From: a virus
Strand: one strand, 5' to 3'
Length of the DNA stretch: 33,414 nucleotides
IMG/VR virus record: IMGVR_UViG_3300012931_000017
Location: 1-33,414 of that record
How positions within the stretch are numbered: position 1 is the first letter of the stretch; each line of letters starts with the position of its first letter. Below are positions 24,848-33,414 of the stretch, in pieces. The notes beneath the pieces were generated by a model. That model saw only the letters and a program-made list of their open reading frames with translations, was not told the DNA's origin and ran no database searches. The position numbers and the translations under genes are program-made.

Positions 24848-26086
24848 TTAATATCCGGCGATGATCTTCGATAAATTTGAATATTGAACAAGCCTATAAT
24901 ACCGACCTGCCCCAAGTAAGCTATCAGTAACTGCATAACGACTTCTAACACCAATAACAGGAGAAAAGTCTCTATAATCAGTAGCAGTATTCATAGCATT
25001 CATGATATAAGGAGAGAGGATGACACCCGCGTCATTTTGACCTTCGCCTTTATAACCAACTAGAGCATAATCACCAGAAGCATATTGATCACGGAACACT
25101 TTAATAGTAGAATTAATAGTACCGATTTCAGCTACACCTGCTTGAGTAGGATTAACTTTAGGATCATTTCCGCAGAAGTTAGGTCTTGCTGCTTGGAGAG
25201 CAGTAGCCACAGCTGGAGAAACGATAGCAAAGTTACCAGCACCTCTACGAGTAGTAACGGCAATAGTATTAGACTGATGAACGATAGAAGTAACGATAGA
25301 ACTAATCTGTTCTTGAGACCATCGACCATCAACAAAAGAAGTACCAGAAGTTGCGTTAAGATCTAACTGTTTAGCAGCTGCCCCACCAGTACCAGTAACA
25401 GCAGTAGTTTTCAACTTACCGATTATTTCTCTATCCATTTCAGCAATGATTTCATATTGAAGAACTCTTACAATTTCTCTCTGAATATCAATATTTTGCA
25501 TTGCAGAAATATCTTCAGCAGCTTCAAGACTAAAAGATGCTGCTAATTTTCTTGATTTAGCGGTAATAGCTACGCTTTCAAGGATTAATTTAAGCTGAGG
25601 GAAATCCGTACCAATTTTCCAAGCTTCCGCTTCAGATGTCGAAGCACCAGTACCAGCACCAGAGGTCGAATAAGTTGCTGAAGTACCAGAAGTAGAACCT
25701 GAGAAACCAGAATAAATAGGAACCTGATCCCAAGCTGCTTCAGGGCCATTGACACCAGAACTTTCACCATAGATAACACGAAGTACATAAGCTAATCCAA
25801 CTGGAGTATTCATAGCTTGGATACCTACGCAATTTTGAGCAAAGAGAGCCGGAAAGGTTCTTCTCATAAGAGCAAGAGAGATTGGTTTATAGGCAGCACT
25901 AGCACCCAACTCACCAATAGAAGTAGTACTCATACCTTCGTTCATCACTTTAATATTATCTTGAGCTTCCATAAGAATCGCCATATTTTCTTTAAGATCC
26001 TCAGAAAGATTTTCGATAGACATAGAGCCTAACTCAGCTGTATTACTCCATTTAGTAATAAGCTCTTGAATATTTGTTTTTTCCAT
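24848..26086 (-). CDS. Major capsid protein (gp23-like)
   Basis: 412 aa. ...KPISLALMRRTFPALFAQNCVGIQAMNTPVGLAYVLR matches T4 gp23 ...PLVRRVFPELIAHE(I/V)VGVQPM..P.G. GGAGGA sits 9 nt upstream of the ATG (plus 'cctcc' 26096-26100). Confidence 0.85.
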   Translation of the reverse strand: MEKTNIQELITKWSNTAELGSMSIENLSEDLKENMAILMEAQDNIKVMNEGMSTTSIGELGASAAYKPISLALMRRTFPALFAQNCVGIQAMNTPVGLAYVLRVIYGESSGVNGPEAAWDQVPIYSGFSGSTSGTSATYSTSGAGTGASTSEAEAWKIGTDFPQLKLILESVAITAKSRKLAASFSLEAAEDISAMQNIDIQREIVRVLQYEIIAEMDREIIGKLKTTAVTGTGGAAAKQLDLNATSGTSFVDGRWSQEQISSIVTSIVHQSNTIAVTTRRGAGNFAIVSPAVATALQAARPNFCGNDPKVNPTQAGVAEIGTINSTIKVFRDQYASGDYALVGYKGEGQNDAGVILSPYIMNAMNTATDYRDFSPVIGVRSRYAVTDSLLGAGRYYRLVQYSNLSKIIAGY

Positions 26087-26103
26087 TTATAGAATTCCTC
26101 CGT

Positions 26104-26886
26104 TTATTTAAAAAATTTCTTAGCTTCTTCAACTGCCGAATATTCATTTTTATTTAATGGTTTCTTTTCGACTATAATTCCATCACCTTCTACTATAACT
26201 TCAGCAGAAGATTTTGATGTTGCACCTTTATTTTCTTCACTAATTACAAGATCAATCATAGCATCAATATTAGTTTTTACATCGTCGAATTTTTTATTTT
26301 CAAACATCTTAATAACTCTATCTTTCTGAACATCATTAAGACCAGATACGCTTTCAGAGATAAGAGTTTTGACAGATATTTTTTCTAATGTTTCGGATAA
26401 TGTAATTTTTTCTGCCATTGATTCAGAAAGCTGTTTTGAAAGATTTTCATTTTCAACTTTCAATTTACTTACTACACCAGAACCTTCAAGATCTAAATCT
26501 AAAAGATTATCAGAGAATAATTTTTTAATTCCAACAATAACAGGTTCAAGAGTTTCATTAAGTGCTACTTTTGAAATAAGATCATCTGAAATTTTAGACT
26601 CAATAAGATTATCAATAGTTGTATCAAGTTTAACAATCAAATCTTCCTCTAATTTTTCCATTTTTGCATCATAATCTTTTGCAATTTCTACTTTCAATGT
26701 TTCTTTTGTTTCTTCAATGAGTTTATCAGATGCTTCTTGAATAGCTTTAGTTTTCTCTTCAACTATCAAATCAGAAATCTTTTTAGATTCCTCAGTAATA
26801 AACTCTTTAAGTTGTTCTTGAAAAACTTTAAGATCTTCTTCCGTAAGAACATCTTTAAATTTCTCAATAATTTTTTCAATCACCAT
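26104..26886 (-). CDS. Prohead scaffold protein (gp22-like)
   Basis: 260 aa, acidic and coiled-coil-like (E/K/L/I-rich). It sits between the protease and capsid genes. GGAGG lies 8 nt upstream. Two TATAAATA motifs on the minus strand (plus 'tatttata' 26917-26924 and 26952-26959) lie in the 93-nt upstream gap. Confidence 0.55.
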   Translation of the reverse strand: MVIEKIIEKFKDVLTEEDLKVFQEQLKEFITEESKKISDLIVEEKTKAIQEASDKLIEETKETLKVEIAKDYDAKMEKLEEDLIVKLDTTIDNLIESKISDDLISKVALNETLEPVIVGIKKLFSDNLLDLDLEGSGVVSKLKVENENLSKQLSESMAEKITLSETLEKISVKTLISESVSGLNDVQKDRVIKMFENKKFDDVKTNIDAMIDLVISEENKGATSKSSAEVIVEGDGIIVEKKPLNKNEYSAVEEAKKFFK

Positions 26887-26979
26887 ATTTTTAAACCTCC
26901 ATTTAACAATTAAGTATATTTATAATTCAATTAACTAGTTTAATAATTAAATATTTATAACTTATTAATAATCAATATT

Positions 26980-27639
26980 TTATAAATGAACATTACTCAA
27001 ATCATGTAAAAATTCATTCATATATTGAAGTAAAATTTTAGAGTCACCTTTTTTATCTAATTTTACTTCTAAATTTGATACAGCTACTTCAACTATTTGA
27101 CCACCTTCGGTTATAATATATTCTTTATTTTCAAGAATACCATCAACGAAGGCACCAGGAGCTGAAGGATCTGCAACTATATCAACAGTTATTAATCTAT
27201 AATCATCATTAACTACACAACCATTTACTGTACCAACACCTCTAGTACTTACACCAAGTCCGATTTTATCTTTTAATAGAACTTGAGCAATTAACCCTTT
27301 AGGTGTATCGAGTATTTTAGCTATTCCTATACCATCATTATCCATCATTTGTAAAGATTCGATGATATGACTAACTCTATCTAAGTTAATAGTTGGTGAA
27401 GGTGGATGATCTAATTCACCCATAGATCTTCGATTAACAATTTTATCTTGGAATTTGTTAATTTCTCGTTCACAAATAAGTTTTGGATATTTTCTTCCAT
27501 TTCTATTTTGAACTTCTGCTTGAAGAAATGGGCCTTTAATTTTATATGAAGGTTTTCCATTGTCAACACTTTCACATAAAATTTCTAAATCTTCATAAGA
27601 TAGAAATTCGGTTAAATATTTCAACATATTTCTCCTCAT
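26980..27639 (-). CDS. Prohead core protease (gp21-like)
   Basis: 219 aa. ...MGELDHPPSPTINLDRVSHII...GLGVSTRGVGTV resembles T4 gp21 (GELDHP / G(F)STRG). It sits in the conserved position upstream of the scaffold gene. Confidence 0.7.
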   Translation of the reverse strand: MRRNMLKYLTEFLSYEDLEILCESVDNGKPSYKIKGPFLQAEVQNRNGRKYPKLICEREINKFQDKIVNRRSMGELDHPPSPTINLDRVSHIIESLQMMDNDGIGIAKILDTPKGLIAQVLLKDKIGLGVSTRGVGTVNGCVVNDDYRLITVDIVADPSAPGAFVDGILENKEYIITEGGQIVEVAVSNLEVKLDKKGDSKILLQYMNEFLHDLSNVHL

Positions 27640-27782
27640 TTAGAAGAATTTATAGTCTTTAAAACTTCAGATTTCCTTTCTTCTATTTTAGTTCTAATTT
27701 TATTTTCTGCTACTTGAACTACACTATTAACAATTGATGCATAATCATTGTCAAGTAACATTTGAGTTAATGTATCTTTCAT
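27636..27782 (-). CDS. Small hypothetical protein (48 aa), possible gp67-like prohead core protein
   Basis: Not in the ORF track. AGGAGA sits 7 nt upstream of the ATG (27780-27782). The sequence is MKDTLTQMLLDNDYASIVNSVVQVAENKIRTKIEERKSEVLKTINSSK*. Its stop overlaps the protease ATG as ATGA. A TATAAATA motif lies at plus 27801-27808. Confidence 0.5.
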   Translation of the reverse strand: MKDTLTQMLLDNDYASIVNSVVQVAENKIRTKIEERKSEVLKTINSSK

Positions 27783-27795
27783 ATAATAATCTCCT

Positions 27796-29436
27796 TTATT
27801 TATTTATAGTTTGATCGGTATTTGTTGATGTATCAGTTGGTTGATTAGCTGTTACATCAGGAACTGGATTAGTTTCATAGGGATTAATTGGTGGATAATT
27901 AGCAGCTATCTCAGCAGCTTCAGCTAATTCTTTATCAATTAAAGTTTTATTTAAGTTAAACTCATCATCAGTCATTTTAAAGTATCTTTTAAGAACAAAT
28001 TCCTTTGAGAATAATCCTTCAGACTGATTAATATTATCTCTACTAGCTATATAACCCGCTACTGAAGATAATACTCCAAGTCTAGCTTCACGAATTTCTA
28101 TTTCTTTAAATTCTTTAAATAAATTAGATTTACAAAATTTAATATCATAAAACTTTCTATCCAAATATTCTTCAGGAATACCACGCATTCTTAATAGAGT
28201 AAAGAAAGGATTTAATATAAAATATTTAAACCTTCTTTGAAGTTTCTCAATAAATCTAGCAAATTTTATTTCTTCTTTAGTTATTTCTCCCATCTTTCCA
28301 GAAGAATATGGCCCTTGAGCTTGATCAGTAACCCATCTAGAAGTTGGAAGTCTTAAAGCTTTATATAATTTTTCTTTAAACCAATCTAGATCAGTTATTT
28401 CACCAAGATTCATTGCTCCACCAATAGTAGTAACTGTAGTTCCATGTCCAGAATCATCTGTTCCAAACCAAATATCATGAGACATAGTTTGTATATTCTG
28501 AGCAGAGTCAATATTTCCTGTAGCTGGATCATATAAATTTTTAGTTCTATATCGCTTCATGACGCCTTTGATATATTCTTCAGACTTACCTTTTGGCATT
28601 CTTCCTGTATAAATATTCCAAATTCGTCTTTCTGGTGCTCTAACTAATCTATAGATAACAATTGAATCTTCTAAACTCTTTAACATATTATATACTTTAA
28701 CAGCAGATTCAAGAAATCCTCTAATATCTAATTCATTTTCACCAATAGAACCATAATTAGAATAAGCTATTTGATTAGGTTCAAATGGTGTTTGATTTTT
28801 AAGATTAGCTTGTTTATACGTTCTAATTGGAGAATTAGCTATTTGAACATAACCAGCTAAAAGACCATTTTTATAAACTGGAGCCATAGTAAAAGAGGGC
28901 AAAATTTTAATTCCAATTATATTATCACCAGCATCATTAGTTATTAATTCACCATACAATTCACCTTCTATTAACCATCTTTTAAAGTATTCTTCTCCTT
29001 TTTCTGGAAAATTTAAAACATCATTAATAAAATAAGAAAAAGCAGAATTTATTCTTTTCTTTATTCCAGAAGGAAGTTCAGTCTTAATATCTAAAGTTAA
29101 AATTTCTCCATCATCATTATTATCAACTATAGAGTCATTTATTATACTTTCCAAAGCATCCATAATTTCTGGATACAAACTCATTTCTCTATATTTTAAG
29201 ATTCTTGCTCTTTTATTTTCAAATAGAGGGGCAAAGTCTAAATAAGTTACATCAGAATCGGAAAAGTAACCAACACCATTAGTATCATATAAATAATCTA
29301 ATTCTTGGGTTGAAGTTCCTTGACTATTTTTTATAGTTAATAATTTATTAACATAAGCATCTTTATCTTGTGCATCAGCGAATTGTGGTGCATAAGGATT
29401 CAATTTTAATAAATCTTTTAATGAACTTTTAATCAA
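27796..29436 (-). CDS. Portal protein (gp20-like); TTG start
   Basis: SIVIYRLVRAPERRIWNIYTGRMPKGKSEEYIKGVMKRY matches T4 gp20 [38 protein letters not shown]. ...WFKEKLYKALRLPTSR matches WFRQALYMALRVPLSR. The start codon is TTG (plus 'caa' 29434-29436), with AAGGG 8 nt upstream. Confidence 0.9.
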   Translation of the reverse strand: MIKSSLKDLLKLNPYAPQFADAQDKDAYVNKLLTIKNSQGTSTQELDYLYDTNGVGYFSDSDVTYLDFAPLFENKRARILKYREMSLYPEIMDALESIINDSIVDNNDDGEILTLDIKTELPSGIKKRINSAFSYFINDVLNFPEKGEEYFKRWLIEGELYGELITNDAGDNIIGIKILPSFTMAPVYKNGLLAGYVQIANSPIRTYKQANLKNQTPFEPNQIAYSNYGSIGENELDIRGFLESAVKVYNMLKSLEDSIVIYRLVRAPERRIWNIYTGRMPKGKSEEYIKGVMKRYRTKNLYDPATGNIDSAQNIQTMSHDIWFGTDDSGHGTTVTTIGGAMNLGEITDLDWFKEKLYKALRLPTSRWVTDQAQGPYSSGKMGEITKEEIKFARFIEKLQRRFKYFILNPFFTLLRMRGIPEEYLDRKFYDIKFCKSNLFKEFKEIEIREARLGVLSSVAGYIASRDNINQSEGLFSKEFVLKRYFKMTDDEFNLNKTLIDKELAEAAEIAANYPPINPYETNPVPDVTANQPTDTSTNTDQTINK

Positions 29437-29450
29437 TTGTAAGCCCTTCG

Positions 29451-29981
29451 TTAAGGTATAAAATTAGCATATTTAGCTTGAATCTGTTTTATAGTTACAC
29501 CATAATAAGTTTTACCATAAAATTTCATTACTTCATCCAAATCTTCTAGTCTAATTTGTCTCAGATTAGATATATTTATCTCATCATAATTTCTAAAACC
29601 AAAACTACTCTTCTTCATAATTCTTGGTAATGTATCTTCATTTAAACCAGGAATTTTTATAATTCCACCTTTTTCAAAATATTTAAAAGCTACAACTTTG
29701 ATTTTATTTAACCACCATTGTCTAGCTTTTATTGGTAAATGATGAAAATTTAAACCTACACTACATACACCTTGAGTCTTTTCAACTTTTCTTTCAAATT
29801 TAAATCGTTTAAATATAAAACATAATGGTTTAAAATCGTAATATTTTAATTCTGATTTTGGATAATTAGTTTTAAATTCATAACTATAAGTATAAAAATA
29901 ACCAGTTTGAATTTTTGAAGCTCTCGGAAAGGTTTTCAGAAAGTTATTATATTCAACTATTCTTCCATAATCATCGCTCAT
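29451..29981 (-). CDS. Hypothetical virion/assembly protein
   Basis: 176-aa ATG-start ORF upstream of the portal gene. No motif was recognised. Confidence 0.4.
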   Translation of the reverse strand: MSDDYGRIVEYNNFLKTFPRASKIQTGYFYTYSYEFKTNYPKSELKYYDFKPLCFIFKRFKFERKVEKTQGVCSVGLNFHHLPIKARQWWLNKIKVVAFKYFEKGGIIKIPGLNEDTLPRIMKKSSFGFRNYDEINISNLRQIRLEDLDEVMKFYGKTYYGVTIKQIQAKYANFIP

Positions 29982-30328
29982 TTTTCAACCGAAAATAAAG
30001 GATCATGTATGATTGTAGGTTTTTTAGAATTTTTACAAGTTTTCTTATCAAATCTTTTTTGTAACATTACTCTCGGACCAGGACCCATATTTCCAATACT
30101 TCCTGTAGTTATTTCTTGAGGATTTCCTACAGCGGCTTCTCCATCTTCAGATAATCCTAACATTTTCTTCATTACACCAACAACTATCGAGTAATATTTA
30201 TCATCTGAACTTTTAACATCTGGATATTGTTTTGAAACTATATCTTTGGCTTTATTCCACGATTTCTCAACTTCAGATGTTTTCTTTTTTGTTTTATCTG
30301 CAAAAAATTTTAAAATATTAGCTGGCAT
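29978..30328 (-). CDS. Hypothetical protein
   Basis: 116 aa. It overlaps the next gene by 4 nt. Confidence 0.4.
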   Translation of the reverse strand: MPANILKFFADKTKKKTSEVEKSWNKAKDIVSKQYPDVKSSDDKYYSIVVGVMKKMLGLSEDGEAAVGNPQEITTGSIGNMGPGPRVMLQKRFDKKTCKNSKKPTIIHDPLFSVEK

Positions 30329-30340
30329 ATAATAAACCTC

Positions 30341-30589
30341 TTAATTATAATTAAAGTTATCGGAAATTCCATTTGATCTTAGGTCATGAGCAAACTCAGA
30401 CCAAAATTTATTTATAAAATCTAAATCTAATTCTTTTCCATATTCATTAATAAGTTCAATAAAATTAGTTTCATCTAATGATTTAATATTCTTATTTTTC
30501 AAAAAAGATATAAAATCCATTACTTGTTTATATTCTGGAAATAAAACATATTCAACTAAATAGTTATCTATATATTCATTAAACTTCAT
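30341..30589 (-). CDS. Hypothetical protein
   Basis: 82 aa, ATG start. It overlaps the upstream gene by 11 nt. Confidence 0.35.
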   Translation of the reverse strand: MKFNEYIDNYLVEYVLFPEYKQVMDFISFLKNKNIKSLDETNFIELINEYGKELDLDFINKFWSEFAHDLRSNGISDNFNYN

Positions 30590-31007
30590 TTAAAAGTTCC
30601 TCCTGTAAATCTTCATGTAATTTAAGTATAAGAAGTTCTTCTAATGGTTTAGAATACTTCTCCTGAAGATTATTTATGTCCTTATTCAACCTAAGTATTT
30701 CAGCTCGTTGTTCTACATTACCTTTTATATTAAGTTTATCATACATATTAGTGTTTAATGTTCTTAAATATAAAAATTTATTCAAATTAATAAGTTTAGA
30801 TCCTAATAACCTCTTTAATTTGTATACAAATCTATCTAAAATAGTTAAGGCATCCTTTTCCTTGTCTGTTTTAGGAACCCGAATTACTTTACCTTGTTTG
30901 TCGATTAATTTAAATTTATAAGCATCTGTACTTGTTATAGGATTTATTAATTTCTTTAAAAGAATAAAAGTTATTATTGAATCAATATTATTTTTCATTA
31001 CCACCAA
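30579..31007 (-). CDS. Hypothetical protein (track start TTG; ATG at codon 4)
   Basis: 142 aa. Its predicted C-terminus is coiled-coil. Confidence 0.35.
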   Translation of the reverse strand: MVVMKNNIDSIITFILLKKLINPITSTDAYKFKLIDKQGKVIRVPKTDKEKDALTILDRFVYKLKRLLGSKLINLNKFLYLRTLNTNMYDKLNIKGNVEQRAEILRLNKDINNLQEKYSKPLEELLILKLHEDLQEELLNEV

Positions 31008-31603
31008 CCATTTTGAAGATTTTTAAAATTACCTTTATCAAATGAATCTGGTTGCTGAAAAGGTAATTCACTTGTTTTAATATCATAATGTTCATTCTTA
31101 TAAGGTTTAACCAGAAATGTCCAACTATGTTTGTGTTGCAAAAACATAGTATCCTCATGAGTTAAATCAACTATCTCATAATAATAATTAGCATATACAG
31201 ATTTTATAATATCACCAACTTTAGGTTTATATGCTGATAATTGAGGTTGTAAATAACCATTAGAATCTCTTAATGAAGCATTTTCAAAATGTTTTTTTGA
31301 AACATTTACTTGAACTAAATCAAATGGTTCTAGTCCAAATGGAGTTGTATTATTATCTTCCTTGGGTAGCTCTAATAGTGACATGAAAGCAAAACAACGC
31401 TCATACCTTCTATCATTATCTTCTCCCCAAATTTTATTATAAGAAGTGTCAAAAGTTAATATATAATATACCATTTCTACACCATGAATATTATAACATT
31501 CAGCTAACATTGAATCATATAGTTGGCGTTCATTGTCATAAGCTGAACTTTGGAATTGAAAATATTCATTTTTCTCTCTATCAAAATCATCAAAATTTCC
31601 CAT
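30998..31603 (-). CDS. Hypothetical protein
   Basis: 201-aa ATG-start ORF. No motif was recognised. Confidence 0.4.
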   Translation of the reverse strand: MGNFDDFDREKNEYFQFQSSAYDNERQLYDSMLAECYNIHGVEMVYYILTFDTSYNKIWGEDNDRRYERCFAFMSLLELPKEDNNTTPFGLEPFDLVQVNVSKKHFENASLRDSNGYLQPQLSAYKPKVGDIIKSVYANYYYEIVDLTHEDTMFLQHKHSWTFLVKPYKNEHYDIKTSELPFQQPDSFDKGNFKNLQNGWW

Positions 31604-31616
31604 AATAAACCTTTAT

Positions 31617-31997
31617 CTAATAATTTTTTGAATAAGGATCTCCAAATAAAATATCAACCTTTTCTTTATTTATTTCGGCCGTTACATCTCGAATATCATC
31701 ACTATATATTAAAACTTCAAATTGATTATATAATTTAACCAAAAGAGTCATAATATCTAATTCTAAGCTCAATAATCCAACATAAACAATTTTATTATTA
31801 GTAGATGAACTAAACCATCCATCAGTAAATACACTAAGAGTTTCTATAGGAACCCAACCAGCTGTATAAACTCTAGAAATTTCATCTGATAATTCAGATT
31901 CTGTTGAGTCATACCAACCAAGAGTGTATACACTTATAGGATTTAATTCTCCAACAAAATCCCAACCAGTATAGATATTTAATGTTGAACCAAACAT
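31617..31997 (-). CDS. Hypothetical structural protein, N-terminus paralogous to ORF 32769..33414
   Basis: MFGSTLNIYTGWDF... compares with MFGKTTDLYTITEF... in the last ORF. Confidence 0.4.
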   Translation of the reverse strand: MFGSTLNIYTGWDFVGELNPISVYTLGWYDSTESELSDEISRVYTAGWVPIETLSVFTDGWFSSSTNNKIVYVGLLSLELDIMTLLVKLYNQFEVLIYSDDIRDVTAEINKEKVDILFGDPYSKNY

Positions 31998-32022
31998 AAT
32001 TTAAAATTTCTCTTATGTTAAA

Positions 32023-32748
32023 TTAACTAATAGTTCTTTCTGTATCAGTTCCAGTTATTACAAATAATGATGTAGTTCCATCTTGTTTATAATAAGTAAA
32101 TACATTTCCACTAACTGTTATTCTTCCATTATTATAAGCTAATAAAATTTCTAAAATTTCAGATACAGTCTTTGTATCAACAGTTCCAGCCAAAATATCA
32201 GCAACAGTTATATCATTTAATATTCCCGAATCTTGAACTCGTACATTCAAATTCGATCCACTAAATGATAATAAATCTGTTTTGGCTTTGATTGAAGTTA
32301 TATCATCATTATTTGGTTCTATATACGCACTAGTTGCTAATCGTGTATTAATTATAGTATTAGACGCCGGATCTGTTGGTAAATTATCAGTTTTGGATTT
32401 TATTGTAATAATATCATTGTTTATGTCTTCTTCTGTTAGTTGTACTAATATAGTTTGAGTTTCTATTTCAACGGCATCTAAAGTAATAGACATATAACTA
32501 TCACTACCAGAATTTGGATTCATTTCATTTTGTGTTAAAGATAATTGCCATAAATTACCAATTATTGTTGGCGTGGATGTAATATTATGAGCAGATAAAC
32601 TACTACCATCACTCCATGAATATGATTGAATTGATGCACTAGTTAAATTATTCCAAGCTGAAGTTGAATAATATTCAAAAGTATTTGCATCAATCAACGG
32701 AAATGCTAATGTAGTTGCAACATTTTTTATTCTTATTTCAGAAGCCAT
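32023..32748 (-). CDS. Hypothetical S/T/N-rich structural protein
   Basis: 241 aa. It shows fiber- or decoration-like composition. Confidence 0.4.
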   Translation of the reverse strand: MASEIRIKNVATTLAFPLIDANTFEYYSTSAWNNLTSASIQSYSWSDGSSLSAHNITSTPTIIGNLWQLSLTQNEMNPNSGSDSYMSITLDAVEIETQTILVQLTEEDINNDIITIKSKTDNLPTDPASNTIINTRLATSAYIEPNNDDITSIKAKTDLLSFSGSNLNVRVQDSGILNDITVADILAGTVDTKTVSEILEILLAYNNGRITVSGNVFTYYKQDGTTSLFVITGTDTERTIS

Positions 32749-32768
32749 ATATTCTCCAATTAAAAATT

Positions 32769-33414
32769 TTAAAAAATTCCTCTAAAAATTCCTCTAATAA
32801 AATTAGTAGTTCTATGTTTTATTGAACTATCAGCCCGTACAAAGAAATTAACTGTATTACTAGTGTCAGATGGTATTGTATCTGATGTAGCTGTTATAAA
32901 AATAGTATTTAATCCAATATTTATCTTATTTGATAAAATATTAAAACTTCCTGTTTGATTACTATCAACCTGTATATTATTTTTAAATAATTTGTAATAT
33001 AAAGTTCCTGTTCCAGTTGCTGTTACTGAAAATGTTGACGTTTGTCCTAACTTTATTGTATCAGATTCTGGTTGTACCGTTATTGTTGCTGGAGTTTTTG
33101 ATGTCGATCCTCCTCCAAGTGTAGAAAGATCCAAAACTTCTGGAACCCATGTTGTATCACTTGGATTAACAGCTCCAATATAAGAAGGTAGTGTAGTAGA
33201 TAAATACGGATGAGTTGTATAACCACCATCAGCTATTGTTGTATCTCCTGAAACTGAAAAGGTTCCTTTAGAAATATATTTTGAAGAATATAAATCGCCT
33301 GTTGCTACCGTGAAATGCTTTGCACTTCTACCATAAGCAGTATTGAATTCCGTAATAGTATACAGATCAGTAGTTTTACCAAACAATATAGGTTTTGGTG
33401 TATTGGTAGTATTT
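32769..33414 (-). CDS. Ig-like (BIG2-type) domain structural protein, probably 3'-partial at the window edge (N-terminus may lie beyond 33414)
   Basis: The track start at 33386 is TTG. The frame stays open to the window end. ...TITVQPESDTIKLGQTSTFSVTATGTGTLYYKLFKNN... is typical of phage Ig-like decoration or fiber domains. Confidence 0.45.
   Translation of the reverse strand, partial: NTTNTPKPILFGKTTDLYTITEFNTAYGRSAKHFTVATGDLYSSKYISKGTFSVSGDTTIADGGYTTHPYLSTTLPSYIGAVNPSDTTWVPEVLDLSTLGGGSTSKTPATITVQPESDTIKLGQTSTFSVTATGTGTLYYKLFKNNIQVDSNQTGSFNILSNKINIGLNTIFITATSDTIPSDTSNTVNFFVRADSSIKHRTTNFIRGIFRGIF

Noticed and set aside
2719-26674. All plus-strand ORFs in the track (for example 2719..2907, 7623..7814, 7792..8157, 11481..11687(-), 14524..14727, 17774..17959, 19061..19243, 20897..21103, 25085..25366, 25132..25335(-), 25585..25788(-), 25817..26032, 26369..26674, 30676..30921, 31550..31738)
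   Set aside because: Each is short and lies wholly inside a longer minus-strand gene that has recognisable homology. Their translations are low-complexity, as expected from AT-rich antisense sequence. None has an RBS.
1-33414. tRNA / rRNA / ncRNA genes
   Set aside because: The few GC-rich islands (19060-19085 at the Walker A, 10381-10400, 12800-12820) are all inside coding frames. No cloverleaf-like structure was seen by eye. This was not an exhaustive search.

Overview
This 33.4 kb window is AT-rich, and every convincing gene lies on the minus strand. It is the late (structural and packaging) module of a T4-like myovirus. Reading in transcription order (high to low coordinates), the window holds a block of uncharacterised virion proteins, including Ig-like-domain paralogs. 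Next come the head assembly genes: gp20-like portal (27796..29436), a 48-aa coupled ORF, gp21-like prohead protease, an acidic scaffold, and gp23-like major capsid protein. Downstream of the capsid gene is a freestanding homing-endonuclease (HE) locus split into two ORFs. The neck and packaging module follows: gp13-like and gp15-like neck/tail-completion proteins, a gp16-like small terminase, and an HNH plus SGNH-hydrolase cassette. The gp17-like large terminase is the main feature of the window. It is fractured into three ORFs by two atypical split inteins (short IntN, long IntC) and also carries one contiguous 149-aa mini-intein. Freestanding endonuclease genes and cargo genes, including a 2H phosphoesterase, sit between the split-intein halves. 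Below the terminase lie the gp18-like tail sheath and two tandem gp19-like tail tube paralogs. The tail end of the window holds baseplate and hub genes: a tape-measure protein with a C-terminal M15 peptidase, a gp5-like spike without a lysozyme domain, and a partial fiber gene running off the 5' edge. No rRNA, tRNA or CRISPR array was seen. The ORF track uses TTG/GTG as well as ATG starts, so several N-termini are over-extended, and I note my preferred starts. Coordinates I derived by hand-counting rather than from the ORF track (small ORFs, hairpins, promoters) may be off by 1-2 nt.
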